NCBI GenBank assembly: GCA_976226885.1
Contig: OZ320315.1
Location: 97,030,001 to 97,094,000, forward strand
Origin: Iphione sp. A-MEVVRFRX5
Lineage: Eukaryota
Length of the DNA stretch: 64,000 nucleotides
Direction of reading: 5' to 3'
A program made the position numbers and the translations under genes. The notes under the pieces are model-generated. The model saw only the letters and a list, made by a program, of their open reading frames with translations. It had not been told where the DNA came from and did no database searches. Within the stretch, counting starts at the first letter, position 1; each line of letters begins with the position of its first letter. Below are positions 47,580-60,430 of the stretch, in pieces.

Positions 47580-48860
47580 GTGTAGATCGGTCCATGTTCA
47601 CACTATGAGCCTTGAGGGAAGGAATAGTTGGCCACCTGAAGAGGGCGCCATGGCGTCGGACAGCGCCTCGGTGTAAGCGCACAGTTGCTGGGGTGATGGT
47701 CGGCGGCGATCAGCTCTGTAACAAACACAGAACGTGATGAACCTACCACCAAGAGCGGAGGCATGGTTCGCTCGGGTGCCTGGTCGAACTGCGTCAGCTT
47801 GCCTGGGAAGCCCATCGACTATAGGATCTGGAAATGATCAAATAAACCATAGTTGAAGGGCCGTGGGTCAACGACGAGTGTGCAGAGTCGGTGTTGTTGT
47901 ATGAGAGACCTTGCTTTGCAGCTTTACCTTCTTCTTTCGCGGGTTCTTCTTTTCCTCTTCCTGTGTGCTGCCAAAGTTACTGCCAAATAAGAGCCCCCAT
48001 GTTCGCTTCTAGCTGCCCCATCCCAACAAGGACTAGTTTCAGGGCCGCTTGCGGCGGCATAGGCTCAGGCTTAGAGGAGGAAGGTTGCGATGTAGACACG
48101 GTACACGTCCATCCGCGATCACAGTTGAAGCTCGAGTGGTTATTGCAGGATTTTACCCTTCGTCTCATTGGCCCACATTACGTTGAAAGGTCGTCGGCGG
48201 GGTCAGCAGGCGTAGCTGTTTGGTTGATTGGATCGGGGGCCTAGTCCCTTGGGTTGGCATTTTTTGCCAGATCGCTGGGGTGATTCTTCTTTCCTTGGTC
48301 TCAGGCCTCGTGCTCCTAACCAATTTCATCTTCCTTGCACACTCTGTGGTCGGGTGTTGGCAGTCCTTGGTGCCAACACCCAGCCAGCACAAGGCACAGC
48401 AGTGGTAGTATGACACTGCACCATCCTTCGGTTTATGCCTGAGGGAACACTCTGTCATATTGTAGGCGAGGCATGGGACATCTGGGGGAGGCCCTCAGCT
48501 GGGCTTTTACACAAGGATCGAACCATTCTCATGTCTCATAATGCCTCAATATCCTTCCATCGCAAGTTCCAATGATTTATCTGTTTGTATGACGGTGAGC
48601 GACCACTGTCTAACATTACACCATTTGTGGGAGTCCTGTAATACTTCTTACAGAGCTCTGATCAGAGGGTGGTCCTAGGCAACACAGTGGTTCTGGTCAT
48701 CGCGAGGAATCCCATTACATAGTCCAGGGAGGCCCTGTTCCTTATTCCTTCCGCAAGCTCATACAGACTCAAAGCTGTATACCATTTTCTCATGAACACG
48801 ATCATAAACTGGCCTACCTCCAAATGATTTCCATGTCCTCACTATGATTATCTCGCTTGA
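47580..48860 (-). mobile_element. Ngaro-like remnant: gag Zn finger joined to YR N-terminus (RT/RH deleted)
   Basis: HCCALCWLGVG...HPTTEC; AVRPGTRANH...RFITFC...PSPQQLCAY. Confidence 0.65.
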
Positions 48861-49289
48861 ACTTGTCAATGTCTAGAATGATTTGGGTTGTTTTGTGTGC
48901 CTTTGCCAGAATACCAGGCTTGAGTTGGTGTGGCACACTTGTGGATGGGTGAGATTAGCTCGTACCATGGTTTGTCTGGAATGTCACTATGAGTGTTGTC
49001 ATCATAATCCTCCAACATGGATGTCTCCAATTCCTCATCACTGATTATGATTTGGTCTGCCTCCATATTGACCTGTTATGAATTTGAAGTTTGATGGTAC
49101 TTTGGGTATAGGAAGGAATAGGCCTCTGAGGCTAGCCAGCCTTGGCCAATCACAGAGGGTTTTACTATTTTTCAAATACATGTACATTAATATTCGCATT
49201 TTACCGTAACTACTTTGCTGAATATATCCTCATTTCCTGTATCATTGATACAAAGCATAAGTCATCGTCAATGGTGTAGCCCAACAGCC

Positions 49290-49353
49290 GACAGGTACTC
49301 ACCCTTACAATGTGGTGTAGAGACAGGTACTCACCCTTACAATGTGGTGTAGA
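49290..49353. repeat. 32-bp perfect tandem duplication
   Basis: gacaggtactcacccttacaatgtggtgtaga x2. Confidence 0.95.
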
Positions 49354-50690
49354 GATCCAGGTCCAGATGCCTACTCCTACCTGCAGTCATATAGAGAGTT
49401 TTTGATGTATTAACTATTAACCCATCTTTGACACCAATTGTCAAGTGTCTCTCAGGCCCCTCTGCCAACGGATTAGTAGCTGTGGAGACTGTTATATCAT
49501 CAGCATACAGAATTACTCGGTTGATTACAATTGACTGTGGTAGGTCATTAATGATAATACTGAACAATAGGGGTCCCAAATAGCTGCCTTGTGGAACCAA
49601 ATAATTAAAAGCCTCTCTGCCTGAAGAAACATCATTGCAAAACACACATCGGCACCGAATTTCTTGATAGTTTCTCAACCAATTTAATGTTAAAATATGT
49701 ATGGCTAGATGAGATTATTTGGTCAATAACAAATCATGCCGTACCACATTAAATGTTTTTGCCATATTAATCAGACACAACCCTATGTGATATGTTGAGT
49801 TCACAGCTTCATACAACTCTTTTAGGATGTCTGCTGATGCTTTTTCTGTTCCTCTATTAGGAATGAAACCATGTTAGTTGCACCAAAAAGGTTTTTCAAT
49901 AGGTCTCTCCTGATTTCTCTAATATTTTACTGCAAACATTCAAAATTGTTTTTCATGTCGGTTGTAGCACCTTCCTTATGTATTGGTCTCATTCTTGACA
50001 ACCTTCCATGAAGAAGCAAACCAACCTCTCTCTATACAGATATAGAATACATCCCTGATTTCTGCAACATGGCCTTAGAGCACGTCCTTCCATCACAAAC
50101 ATTGGAATCTTTGATGTTACCATCCTGTCACCTTCACTGTCCAATGAAGTACATCACGATTAAACACATCCCAGAAATCACTCTTGTGACTTACAGCTGC
50201 TGAGTCTGTAATGAAAATACTGCTTTTTAAGATAATTCGCTAACCATGTCACCTTTCAGCGATAATACTTTGTGAAGTGTAAATCTTGAATGCCTGTGTT
50301 TATATATGTTGAGATAATCTCCAGGTTACTCGATATAGATAAACCTCTATCCCCACCGAGACATTTTTATAATAAATTAACCCCCCCCACACCATTCTCA
50401 AAATCTCTATCCCTCCTAATTATAGAATATCCTCTATATGGACTATTGCGTCTGGTACTGAATCGTTTAACCATGTCTCGGTCAGGACTGCAATTGTTGG
50501 AGTGTATTTTTCCAATATGTTAGTTATCTCATAAATCTTGTTTTTTATGCTCCTACAATTTAACAATAGAGAAGTGAGCTTGTCGCATCTATTGATTTCC
50601 AACATTTAAATTAATAAAAACTTACACAAATTATCCCTGTGATAGACATCGTTGTGAGTAATATTAGTTTATGAAGGGATATTGCATATA
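49300..50690 (-). mobile_element. Decayed LINE ORF2 (APE start, RT)
   Basis: LLNCRSIKNK...TETWLNDS (50420..50605); VPQGSYLGPLLF, YADD (49337..49678). Confidence 0.8.
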
Positions 50691-50699
50691 AACTTGGCA

Positions 50700-53620
50700 T
50701 ATTTGATTTGATTTGATTGATTTGATTTCTTTATTATCACGTCTCAGTTTTACAGTGAGGTGTAATTGTGATAATGTTGATTAACTAGGAAATACAATTC
50801 TTAAATAGCGTTTCATCATGCATCATACTAATAAAATACTCTCTTATTCACTGCTCTCAGTATACTATTGTAAAGTTACTAGGCTATTGTGAAGTTAGTG
50901 TCGATAATAGGGTTGACGATGCCAATTTCATATTTTCCGTTAGATTGTTCCAAAGCTTTATGCCCTTGTAATGGAAGCTATTCTTGATAAAGGCGTTCCT
51001 TGGCCTGTGTTGCTCCAGGCTTAATCTTCTACCGAGACGAGTGCTGCCCATCCTCCCCCTCTTCGTCCGTAAGCAGCCGATTTTTTGCAACCTGTGAATT
51101 AGTTGAATACATCTAATGTCAATCAGTTGATTAACAGTAGGAAGTGAGAATTTATCTCTTAATCTTTTTGCTGATTGCTCTCGCCGAGCTCTACCATGTA
51201 GAAGTATCTTTTTTAAGGCGTTGTTATAATCAATTTGTAGCCTCTGTTTATCCTTAACACTACAGCCAGTGATAAAGCCAGCTCCATAGAGAAATAAGGG
51301 TTCGATGAAACCCTGAAATACCTGGAATCTGGTCATGAATGGCAGTACACTACTCATCCTAGCCAACATATGACTCCTACTCCTGACCTTCCTCCTCATT
51401 TCACAAATATGTGTATGCCATGATAATTTGTGGTCTAGCCTGAACCCCAGCAATTTGGGCGTCAGGTCCATTCTTAATTTTTTACCATTCAGATAGAGGT
51501 CTAAGTCTTGATTCCCTGCTCTTCCAAATCCTATATAAACAGTCTTGTCCTCATTTATCCCCAGCCCATTTGTTTTTGCCCACCTCTCAAGATCCTTTAA
51601 CCCCACCTGTAGCTTCAGTCTGAGCATGAGTAGGCTTGCTGCCTGTGTAAATATCGTCACGTCGTCCGCATAGGCCACGAGTTCTACCATCTTGATGTGT
51701 TGTTGAATATTATTGACCATAATAGCAAACAGGAGGGGCCCCAATATACTTCCTTGGGGTACCCCTCGCTGTACCTTCACCTCCTCTGATTTTACTCCGT
51801 TACATAATACAAATTGCTTACGTTCAGATAGATACGACTGTAGTAGCCAATCTGGTCCCTTCCAAAGCCTAATCTTATTAATTTATGTATTAAAATTTGG
51901 TGGTTAATCACGTCGAAAGCCTTAAAAAAATCTACTAAAATGCCTCCAAAATACCGCTTTCTATTTATGGCTTCATAAGCCCCAATGAGTAACATAGACG
52001 CAGCCATATCTGTCCCCCTACCCTTGCAGAATCCGTGTTGCCTATCAGACATCAGGTTGCCCACCGATAGTTGCGCTATCATTTGATCATATAGTAGCCT
52101 TTCTAGAATTTTGCCTATGATGGGAAGAATTGCAACTGGCCTATAATTCCTTTTGTCCAGTCTCGAACCCCCTTTTGGTATTGGTGAAATCCTGGCTATT
52201 TTCCAGTCATCTGGAAAAACTCCAGATTTAATGCATGCATTGAAAAGATCCCTAATACAGTCAACGATACAGAGCATGCCATCCTTTACAAGTCTCATTG
52301 GTAGGTTATCAATACCAGAAGGCTTACATGTAGAGATGTTATTGACTATCTTCCAAACCTCTTTGCTCGAGACATACTTGAAACCTCCTTCGATGTCTGG
52401 ATCTTTTAACAGCTCGCCATCCCAGTTCGCTGAAATATGTTTTGCTGAAGACACAAAGTGAGAGATTAGTACATTGGATACCTTCTTTTCATCTGTCAGC
52501 TCATCATTTTCTTTCAACTTTATATTACCTTTTCTATTATCCTTGCCCAATGCCCTGTTTATGACATTCCAATAACTTCTTGGCTCCTTACATGATTTTA
52601 ATTTCTCTGCCCAATAAATGTTTTTAGCTTTTTTGATTTTACATCTTACTAAATCCTTATAGAAGCGAGCAATCCTATAGTCGTCAATTTTATTATACTC
52701 CTTATACATACTAACAAAGTAATCCCGATTTTTGATTGCTTCCCTGATTTCCCGTGTCATCCATGGCTGACATTTGGGTATTACGATGCGTTTGTAAGGA
52801 CATAGGCACCCAGCCGCTTTGTGAAGACTACCTACTATCTTACCCCATTGCACACTCACATCTACAGGCAATTCTGTGTCTGTTTGTGTTACATCATATA
52901 GAAACGGCGTCAAGTCTACCGGGTTGTAGTCCCGCCAGGATCTCCTCCAGGATATAAAGTTGCCATCTCAATCTTTGCAGAATCACTAAGGTGGCACCCA
53001 TCGACTGTACGATAGAACTTATTTACATTACGTGTATTAGATTTCCCATGTATCACGCCTCCAATGAAAGGGTTGGCAAGCTGTGATACTTTGTTAAAGT
53101 GCTTTATCCTGCTGTTGATTATATGCATAGCTCAGTTCAATTCCCGTTTGTTGTGGTTGTGGTGAAAGTCATTAGACGATAATTGTTATACATGTTTATA
53201 TGCATACCAAAGAAATTGTGAAAACACAATAGGTATACCCATGAAATAGGTCTGCAGTCGGGTGTGTGCAGTATGTACCATTATTTCTAGTCTGTTTGCA
53301 ATGAATAAGCCTCATGCATCGTCAGGCAGATATGTGCCGTGAATACGTCCCGTCCTCATTTTGATGGTGCCTGTCTAGTTTGGTGACGTCCGTAGTTCCA
53401 CCCAAGATTACTATGAACCTCGGCTGGTAAACATACTGACAGCTCATTGCATGATCCGCTAGGGACAGTATTCCTGCCCCTGGGTAGCAGTGGACTTCAC
53501 ATACAATCCCTCGCCTCAGAATGTCATTTTGTAATGTACCATCGTCGATGTCATCGTACCGGTCATGTGTGTTGTCTCCCTAGGGGTGCTGGTAAGTGCC
53601 AAGTGACCGAATTTCGTCAA
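50700..53620 (-). mobile_element. LINE with SGNH esterase ORF and RT, no APE domain visible
   Basis: SGNH motifs CYPGAG, GGTTDVT and DGCHL at 52920-53620; RT ORFs 51792..52913 and 50884..51780; AATAAA + (AAATC)n tail at about 50700-50735. Confidence 0.8.
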
Positions 53621-54021
53621 TCAGTGAGAGTGACCATGTATGTACTGCATCCCGCCTGCATGATACTGCAACTTCAACCAGATTGGCTATATGGCCTATG
53701 ATATACATACATTTATTAGGGTATCCAACTTTTTAGCAAAAGCGCATAGGCCAATGATATGTTCAAACGGGTCAAGAATGTCAGCATTTGATGGCTTCTT
53801 GACTTTAGGGATATGATAGACGTGCTTACTCTTGGAATCAGGAAAATTGTTGTGCAAATAGCAGCACCGACAAATGGCTTGGACCTCTTCCTTTTCTCCA
53901 CCTTGTCATCATGGGTGTCTTGAGTTACGGGGAGAACCACGCTTGAAACCGGTTGCTGAAGTCTTGACTCATTTCTCGTGAGCTACCTGGAGGCCCAAGG
54001 AGGAAAAAAGAATCATTGCTT

Positions 54022-56050
54022 CTAGAAAGGCATCGTGCACAACCTGTGGGCTAAGACAAAGTCATCCAGGTATGCTAGAATGGAAACATTTGGAAATTTG
54101 TCTTTTATTTTTTGAGACAAAATTTGAGATATAGACTGAAGGAGAAGGGAGGAATATCTAGTTCCAAAGGGCAGTGAAAGGTCTGTGAAATACTGTTGCT
54201 GGAATTTAAAGGTTAGTAGTGGCCAGTCGAGGGGGTCAATAGGAAAATGCCTATAGGCGCGCTTCAAGTCTATAGTAGCTAAGAACATTGGGGTTGTATG
54301 TGTGGCTATGATGGCGGCCAGGGCATCCGGAGTAGGAAGCTGCACTCTTGCTGGAACATAATAGTAATTGTTACGAGGGATATAACGATTCACATTGCTA
54401 TGTGACAAGTCAATAATAATTCTCTTATCATCAGAATTCTTCTTAACCCTGGTGGTAATGGGGCTAATAGCAGAACAAGGAAAAAACGGATCACAATCAA
54501 AGGTGCCTGATATGGCCCTATATGAGAGCTCAATACAAACATATTTCTGCACATGCGGAGGATCATCTTTTTTGAGGGGGTAAAGTTTTTCACTTGGCTG
54601 TGGGATGCAGTTTCCAACAAAACCCACAGGAAAGCCATATGCAATGAATTGTGAAATCATAAATTCTGATGGGTCCTGTAGCGACAGGACCTGATACCAT
54701 GTTGGAAGGGACAGACATGTATTCAGAGGTATTTTGGCCTCCAAATGGTTGGGAAGGCCTGTGGCCTTAACACTCTGGTAGATTTTTGTAAGAGTTGTGG
54801 GAAAGACGGCTTTCGGCGTGGGCCAGGCTTGGATTTGAGAAGCAATAAGCCTGTAATGGGTGGTGGGGAGAACGTCCATGGCTGGGGTGAGGTCTAGTTG
54901 GTGTTGCTGCATGGAGCCCTCTATGGTTGTCGGGTCGTATGAATCAAGCAGGTCGGTGATGTAGTGGTGCGATGGGCATCCACCTACCATTCCGGGTCCT
55001 GCCTCGGGCGCCTGTATTCGCAGGTGTCGGCGCCCTTCTGGAACTGTTGCCCTGGTTGCGGCTGCCTCCTCCTTGATCGACACTGGTCGTGCTTGTGGTC
55101 TAGCTGCTTGTTGTAGTTGTAGTAGCAGAAGGGACATATATGTAAGAGAAATATGTCGTTAGCTTGGTGAGGAGCTGTTTCTGTGCATTTGCCCCCATTC
55201 CATCTTGGGCAAGGGGCTGAATTTTCTTTTGATAGGTAGCTGTGTCTAACACTGCTGGTAAGGTGGTAATTAATTGCCCTCTGTTTCATTTTTTCAATAC
55301 GTTCTGTTTCAGACCACTTGAGGCGATCATTAGTGGTATGCTGCCACACTTCATATGCCCACTCTTTTATGGCATCCCAGGAGGAGGCATGGACCTCCTC
55401 TCAGACATCCCTCACATGGTCAAGGATTGTATCAATGTCACACTGTTGTTCAACCGATTGATCAAGTAGCATTGACATAATTGCTGCGATATACTGTGGG
55501 AACGTTGCTTTTCTTACATCTGCTGTGGTAGAATCTTTGATGATTATATACTTTGCTGGATGAGGCTTAGATAGTCTCTTACCTACGTTCTCCAGAGCTT
55601 CTGGATACATAGTTGAAAATATCTCCTTGATTTTGCCTGTTTCATCAGCTTTGAGGTGAGATGGTCCTGGAACATTCTGGTGGCCATTGGTGTGGTCATC
55701 GTCATCTGTTTTGGATGGGCCGGGTTGACCGTTGGTGTCGGTTGGGTCATTACGTAAGTGCTTGGCTGCCGATCGGGTCACTATTGTTGATGGCTGTTTC
55801 CTTTGTTTTCCTTTTGCCGATGCTTCAATGCCCATGTTGTCCAGTCGGTCCTCTAGGGATTGTATTTTGGACAACAATTTTGCAATCATTTCGGCAGGAA
55901 TGTTGGGTTCAGCGCCCTCCGGTTGCTTAGGGTCCGGCATGATCCAAGGTTGCGTTTCACGTCTTGCCACTCTCGCATACAGGAACCAACTGATTTTACA
56001 CCGCTGGCCGCGCCAACAGGTACCTATCAGACACTACAGAGGGCGCCACT
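54022..56050 (-). mobile_element. Ngaro-like element fragment (gag, Zn finger, RT)
   Basis: ILDHVRDV; CPRWNGGKC...HICPFC...H...C; YGFPVGF, SPITTRVK, RIIIDLS, IDLKRAYRHFP, LPFG, YLDD. Confidence 0.85.
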
Positions 56051-56059
56051 CACTTGGGC

Positions 56060-59050
56060 AATACCTAGCAAACGCCAGTCGTTGGCTTTACAGTAGTGCG
56101 TGAAGGCTTGACAGAGGGCACGGTGGACAAACTATGGGCGGGTGATGTCTCGGAGGACCGCTTGGGTGTGGAACTCGCTGACTGGTGCCCTGGACATGGC
56201 ATCGGCAACCTGCATACGGGAGCCTGGTATATGGTGGTAAACCAGGCGAACCTGGGTGCGTGCCTGGTGAAACCATATCCTTCTTGTGGCTGCCAGTATC
56301 TCGGGGTCCCTGCCTCTACCTGTCTGAAGACGTGGACGTGCACTGTATGGCCCGAATCAGCTGTGGTGATAAAAGTACAAACAGCAGTTGCTACGGTGTG
56401 TTGCTCAAGTTGCGATATATGCATGGACCTACTATATAGTGGTATTTCACATGCATAATACCCGCGCCCATCGACAGTGCCTCAGCCCTGTAGACTGGAG
56501 TCCGCCTCGATTGTCCTAGCGTAACATTGATGCTGTACTAATGCCTTACCATTCCAGTCGGCCATGTAGGCAATAAACCACTGCAGATCTGCCTTCACTT
56601 CCTTATTAACCCTGATGAAAAGTCTCTCTTGCAGGGGCCATGCACTTGGCAACGAACAGCAGTTGACTGAGGAGGCTCTGGAATTGTTGTCATGAGCGCC
56701 TTCCTGCCGTATGCATCATGAATGGCCACCTTTATCTTATTTAGCTTCTCCGAGGGGATGGATAGCGTCATTGTAGCTGTGTTGATGTGGATGCCCAGCC
56801 AGACCAGTGCATGCCTCAGTGTCTGTGCCTTGGCCTTGGCTTCTGGGAGACCTAGGCTGGTGCGGAGGTGGCGTGTTTGATGAAAGGCGGTCCATGCAGT
56901 CTTGAGCATCTGGAGTGACAATTAAATCATCGCGGTACATTAGAGCATGAATATCTCGCTGACGTAGCATATAGACAATTGCATCTGCCACCTTCTGCAT
57001 GTGACATGATGAATGCTAAGAGGGGCCAATCAAGTGGGCAGGTGGTAAAGTTCTTGTACGCCCGCTCGATGTGCAGGGTAAACATATGGGCCTGAGGGCC
57101 CACGCTGCGAAGTACCTGTGTGAGGGAGTCAATTGTGGGCAATACATGGTCCTGGATGACAGTCCAACAGTCCAACTCCTTCTGAACGTAGGCGTCAACT
57201 GCAGTGGGGTGTTGAGATGCACTAGAATGATTCTCAAGGTGGCCCGTGTCTGACACGGGTCTGAGGTACCCTAATAGGAAGCCGTAGACTAAAAAGTCCA
57301 GTAATTGTGCAAACTGGGGAGTGTCAGCAGTTCGTTACGCCAAGTATGGAGATTTAGCGTGGTCGGTAAGGGGCAACGGGAGCCAATAGCATTGGGGACA
57401 CCTGAAATCCTCACGGCTTCATACGCTTCAGCAAGACCATGGGGCAAGGCATATGGAGCTAACCTTGGCCAGTAGGTCTTACGATAATGCTGCATGTCTG
57501 TAGAGCTATACAAGAGAACGGTACCTAGCGTGCCATTGGTGCATGCTTTACTAATCTTGTCAAATGGTAACGATAGCTGCTGTTGCTGTGCTGTGGTGGA
57601 GCTAGGTAAGCAAGCCCGTACCTGAGTATGGCTCTGACCAGAGGGTTGATGTTGGCCGTGGTCCTCTGGTGAGGCTGCGGAAGCGGCCCTCACTCGTTTT
57701 TTGGCTGTGTTGTAGGGGCCTGATACCGGTGCTGTTGTTGGTGTTGGTAAAGTAGGTGGCTGCTGGTGCCAGGAGTGCAAGTTCCTTGCGGACTGTGGCT
57801 GGGCATTTGCAGTAGTCTGTCGCTGTGTAGACGTGGCCTTGAGGTGCTTTCCACAGGCTCTGAGCATATGAGCATGTCGGGCACCAGAAAGCGCATAGCA
57901 GTAGGCACATACATGAAGAAACACATGGTTATCAGTACAGTGAGAAGGAGCATGCGTTTTGGCCATATTCAGGGCAAGGAACCTCCACTTGTGTTGGTTT
58001 TGTGGACTTAACCTCTCCTGATGTATACGAAAGTCATCTTGCCAGGTAAACTTATCTTGTCAAGGACATTGTTGGACCACCTGAGAATTGGCTCCCAGTC
58101 TCCCCGTTTAGCGTCTTGGGAGACAGAGCATGTTCTAATATGGCCATCCTATCTGCATACGAGGTTGAATTGTCGTCTAAGACCAATGACAATAGTGTGG
58201 GCATGAACTCTTTGTAAGTCATAGAGGCCCTATACTCGGCCTTTGCCTTTGGTGCCCAAGCCATCCTTATCTAAGTACATGTGCGGTTTTGAGATAATAT
58301 TGCGGATACGAATGTCATGGTTACCTGCCTGAGGGTTGTCACTCGAAAGCCAAGGTGCCGCAGCCTCTAGGTACGAGTCTATGTATTGTTGTGTCCCCGG
58401 TGTTCTACATAGCTGAGCCGGTGTGGGAGCCTGTATTTGTTGAGGGCAATGCTGCACAAAGTGGTTTGCATTGGTCAAGGCGGTGGCAGCATGCTGTGAC
58501 TGGGCCGGTCAGACAGGTGCAATACTGGCTTGATCGGTTTGAGCAGCAAGACATTGGTCCATGTGGTAGGGCTGAGCTGGCTGCACCATTGCTGTCGTCT
58601 GTTGCCTAAAATGAGAATTATTTTGTTGGTCAGTAACTTTACCCTGTGAAGCAGGTTGCTGTGTCTGCACATTTGCCATGGCCTGCTGGACAAGAGTGGA
58701 TAATTGAAACATATGCTGTTTCAATTCATCCACGTCTGTAACGAGTCACTGCTGGGTGGGCACAGCCAACGGGCGCTGGCGCCGAGGTGTAGCCGGGTCA
58801 CGGTTGCCCTCGGTCCGGTCTGGGTGTACGTTGTCGGCATTCGGAGCATTATTCTCTTGTTGAGCTTCTTGTTGGTTGACTGCTTCGTCCTGGTCCGCCA
58901 TGATAAAAGAAAATATATGAAATTGCGGCTTGGATAGATACGAACAGAGATGGCGAGTAGTGCCTTCAAGCAAATCACAGCAATGACTAAGTGAGCGTAA
59001 AGCCGCCCCCTGCCGCAATGTCCACGCATTAATATGCTAAACCCATTAAT
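56060..59050 (-). mobile_element. Ngaro-like element, decayed (gag, Zn finger, RT, RNase H)
   Basis: HVCAYC...H...C; LPTIDSL...IERAYKNF..CPLDWP; YRDD; WLGI; HISQLE; HIPG...ADAMSR. Confidence 0.8.
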
Positions 59051-59199
59051 CACAATACGCAACCTGGGCTTAAAACAATTTTATTTTGATTTACTCACAT
59101 GGACACTAAGAATGTAGATAAACACAAATGAGACACAAGTGAATTAAATTGGCAATAGCAGGTTAATGTTAAAATAAATATATGTTTATGAACGTATAA

Positions 59200-60190
59200 T
59201 TGTGGCCTTGACCGCGCTTATGATGTTGTTGACCGAGGGAGGAGACATAGTCGGGTGTGGTCGAGGCAGAAGGCAACAAATCTTTTAACGGCTGACCGTC
59301 TATTGGCTAAAGTCCCGGGCGCACCGCCTGAGTCTGCATCTCTGCCCGGGGTCGAGTGTGTTGAGATGTGGGTCTAACACAGAAATAATCGTATTGAATG
59401 GCCAAAGAAGAAAAAGAAATGGGTTTTAACGACATTTAGGCAATGAGACGATCAGTATTAACTCTGTGGGCCGAGAAAGTGTGATACCTAGATAATGCGT
59501 CCGCAAGTTCCGGGTCACGACCAGGTACATGCTAAAAAGAAATTATGTTCAATAGGGATGCAATATGAGATCATCTTTCATCAGGTCCGGCCTGTACTGA
59601 GGGGTGTCAGTTTTTTTTGCAGCTGCGACAGTTGAGTCGGGTTTGTCCTGTCGTCAGGTTTGTCCTGTCGTTCCAGCCTCTTGAACTGTGGTTTGTGAGC
59701 AGTTGGGAACCTACCGTCACGGTAATGCTGGGTTGACTCGTCCTGTTTACCGTGTAACCTTGTCTTTCTCACGCATGCCTGTGCGGTGTGGGTACGCTCA
59801 GAGTTACCCACACCATACCAACAGACCGCGCAGTGGTGTGACTGGGTAATAACATCAGCTGAATGGCCGTCTTGCTCCATATAAGAGCCTGCATTATAAA
59901 AGTGGCAGGGGGCTCGTTTCAAATCGTCAGATACAGTCCCGAGGACCAGCGACTGGTGCGTATGCATAGATTGTATTACGTCATCATTACACCAGGTAAT
60001 TTTGTCATGGTTGACCACCAGCATGTCACTGCATCTTTGCATACCTCCACAATATGGTGCAGAACGTGCTTTCTTAGAGCACGGTCTCTTGCGAAGGTGC
60101 AGAGGCCGATGACATTCTCAAGGACGGTCAGGTCGTCGGGGTTCTGTCTAGACTTAACTGAAGCAGTCAAATTTAGAGGGAGAGTCATGT
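59200..60190 (-). mobile_element. Ngaro-like remnant: gag Zn finger, RNase H end, YR N-terminus
   Basis: APCHFYNAG...HHCAVCW...H...C; HVPG..ELADALSR; AVRPGTLANRRSAVKRF. Confidence 0.7.
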
Positions 60191-60430
60191 AGGGTCTTTG
60201 AAAATATATTTGTCTTTAATTGGGTCGCATATATGCTTACCAGCCACATTGGGAAACTGAGGCACCTCGTCGTTTATTTCTTTTTCGGGGGTTCGGCTTG
60301 TGAGCAACCATTTTTGTGTTAGAGGGATCGTTTCCATTGTTGTTATTTTCTGTGGCTAAGTCATATAGTATCGAGAACCTGTTATGTGTGTATTGGTATG
60401 GGCGTATGTCGATCACTTACTAGTTTTTTC

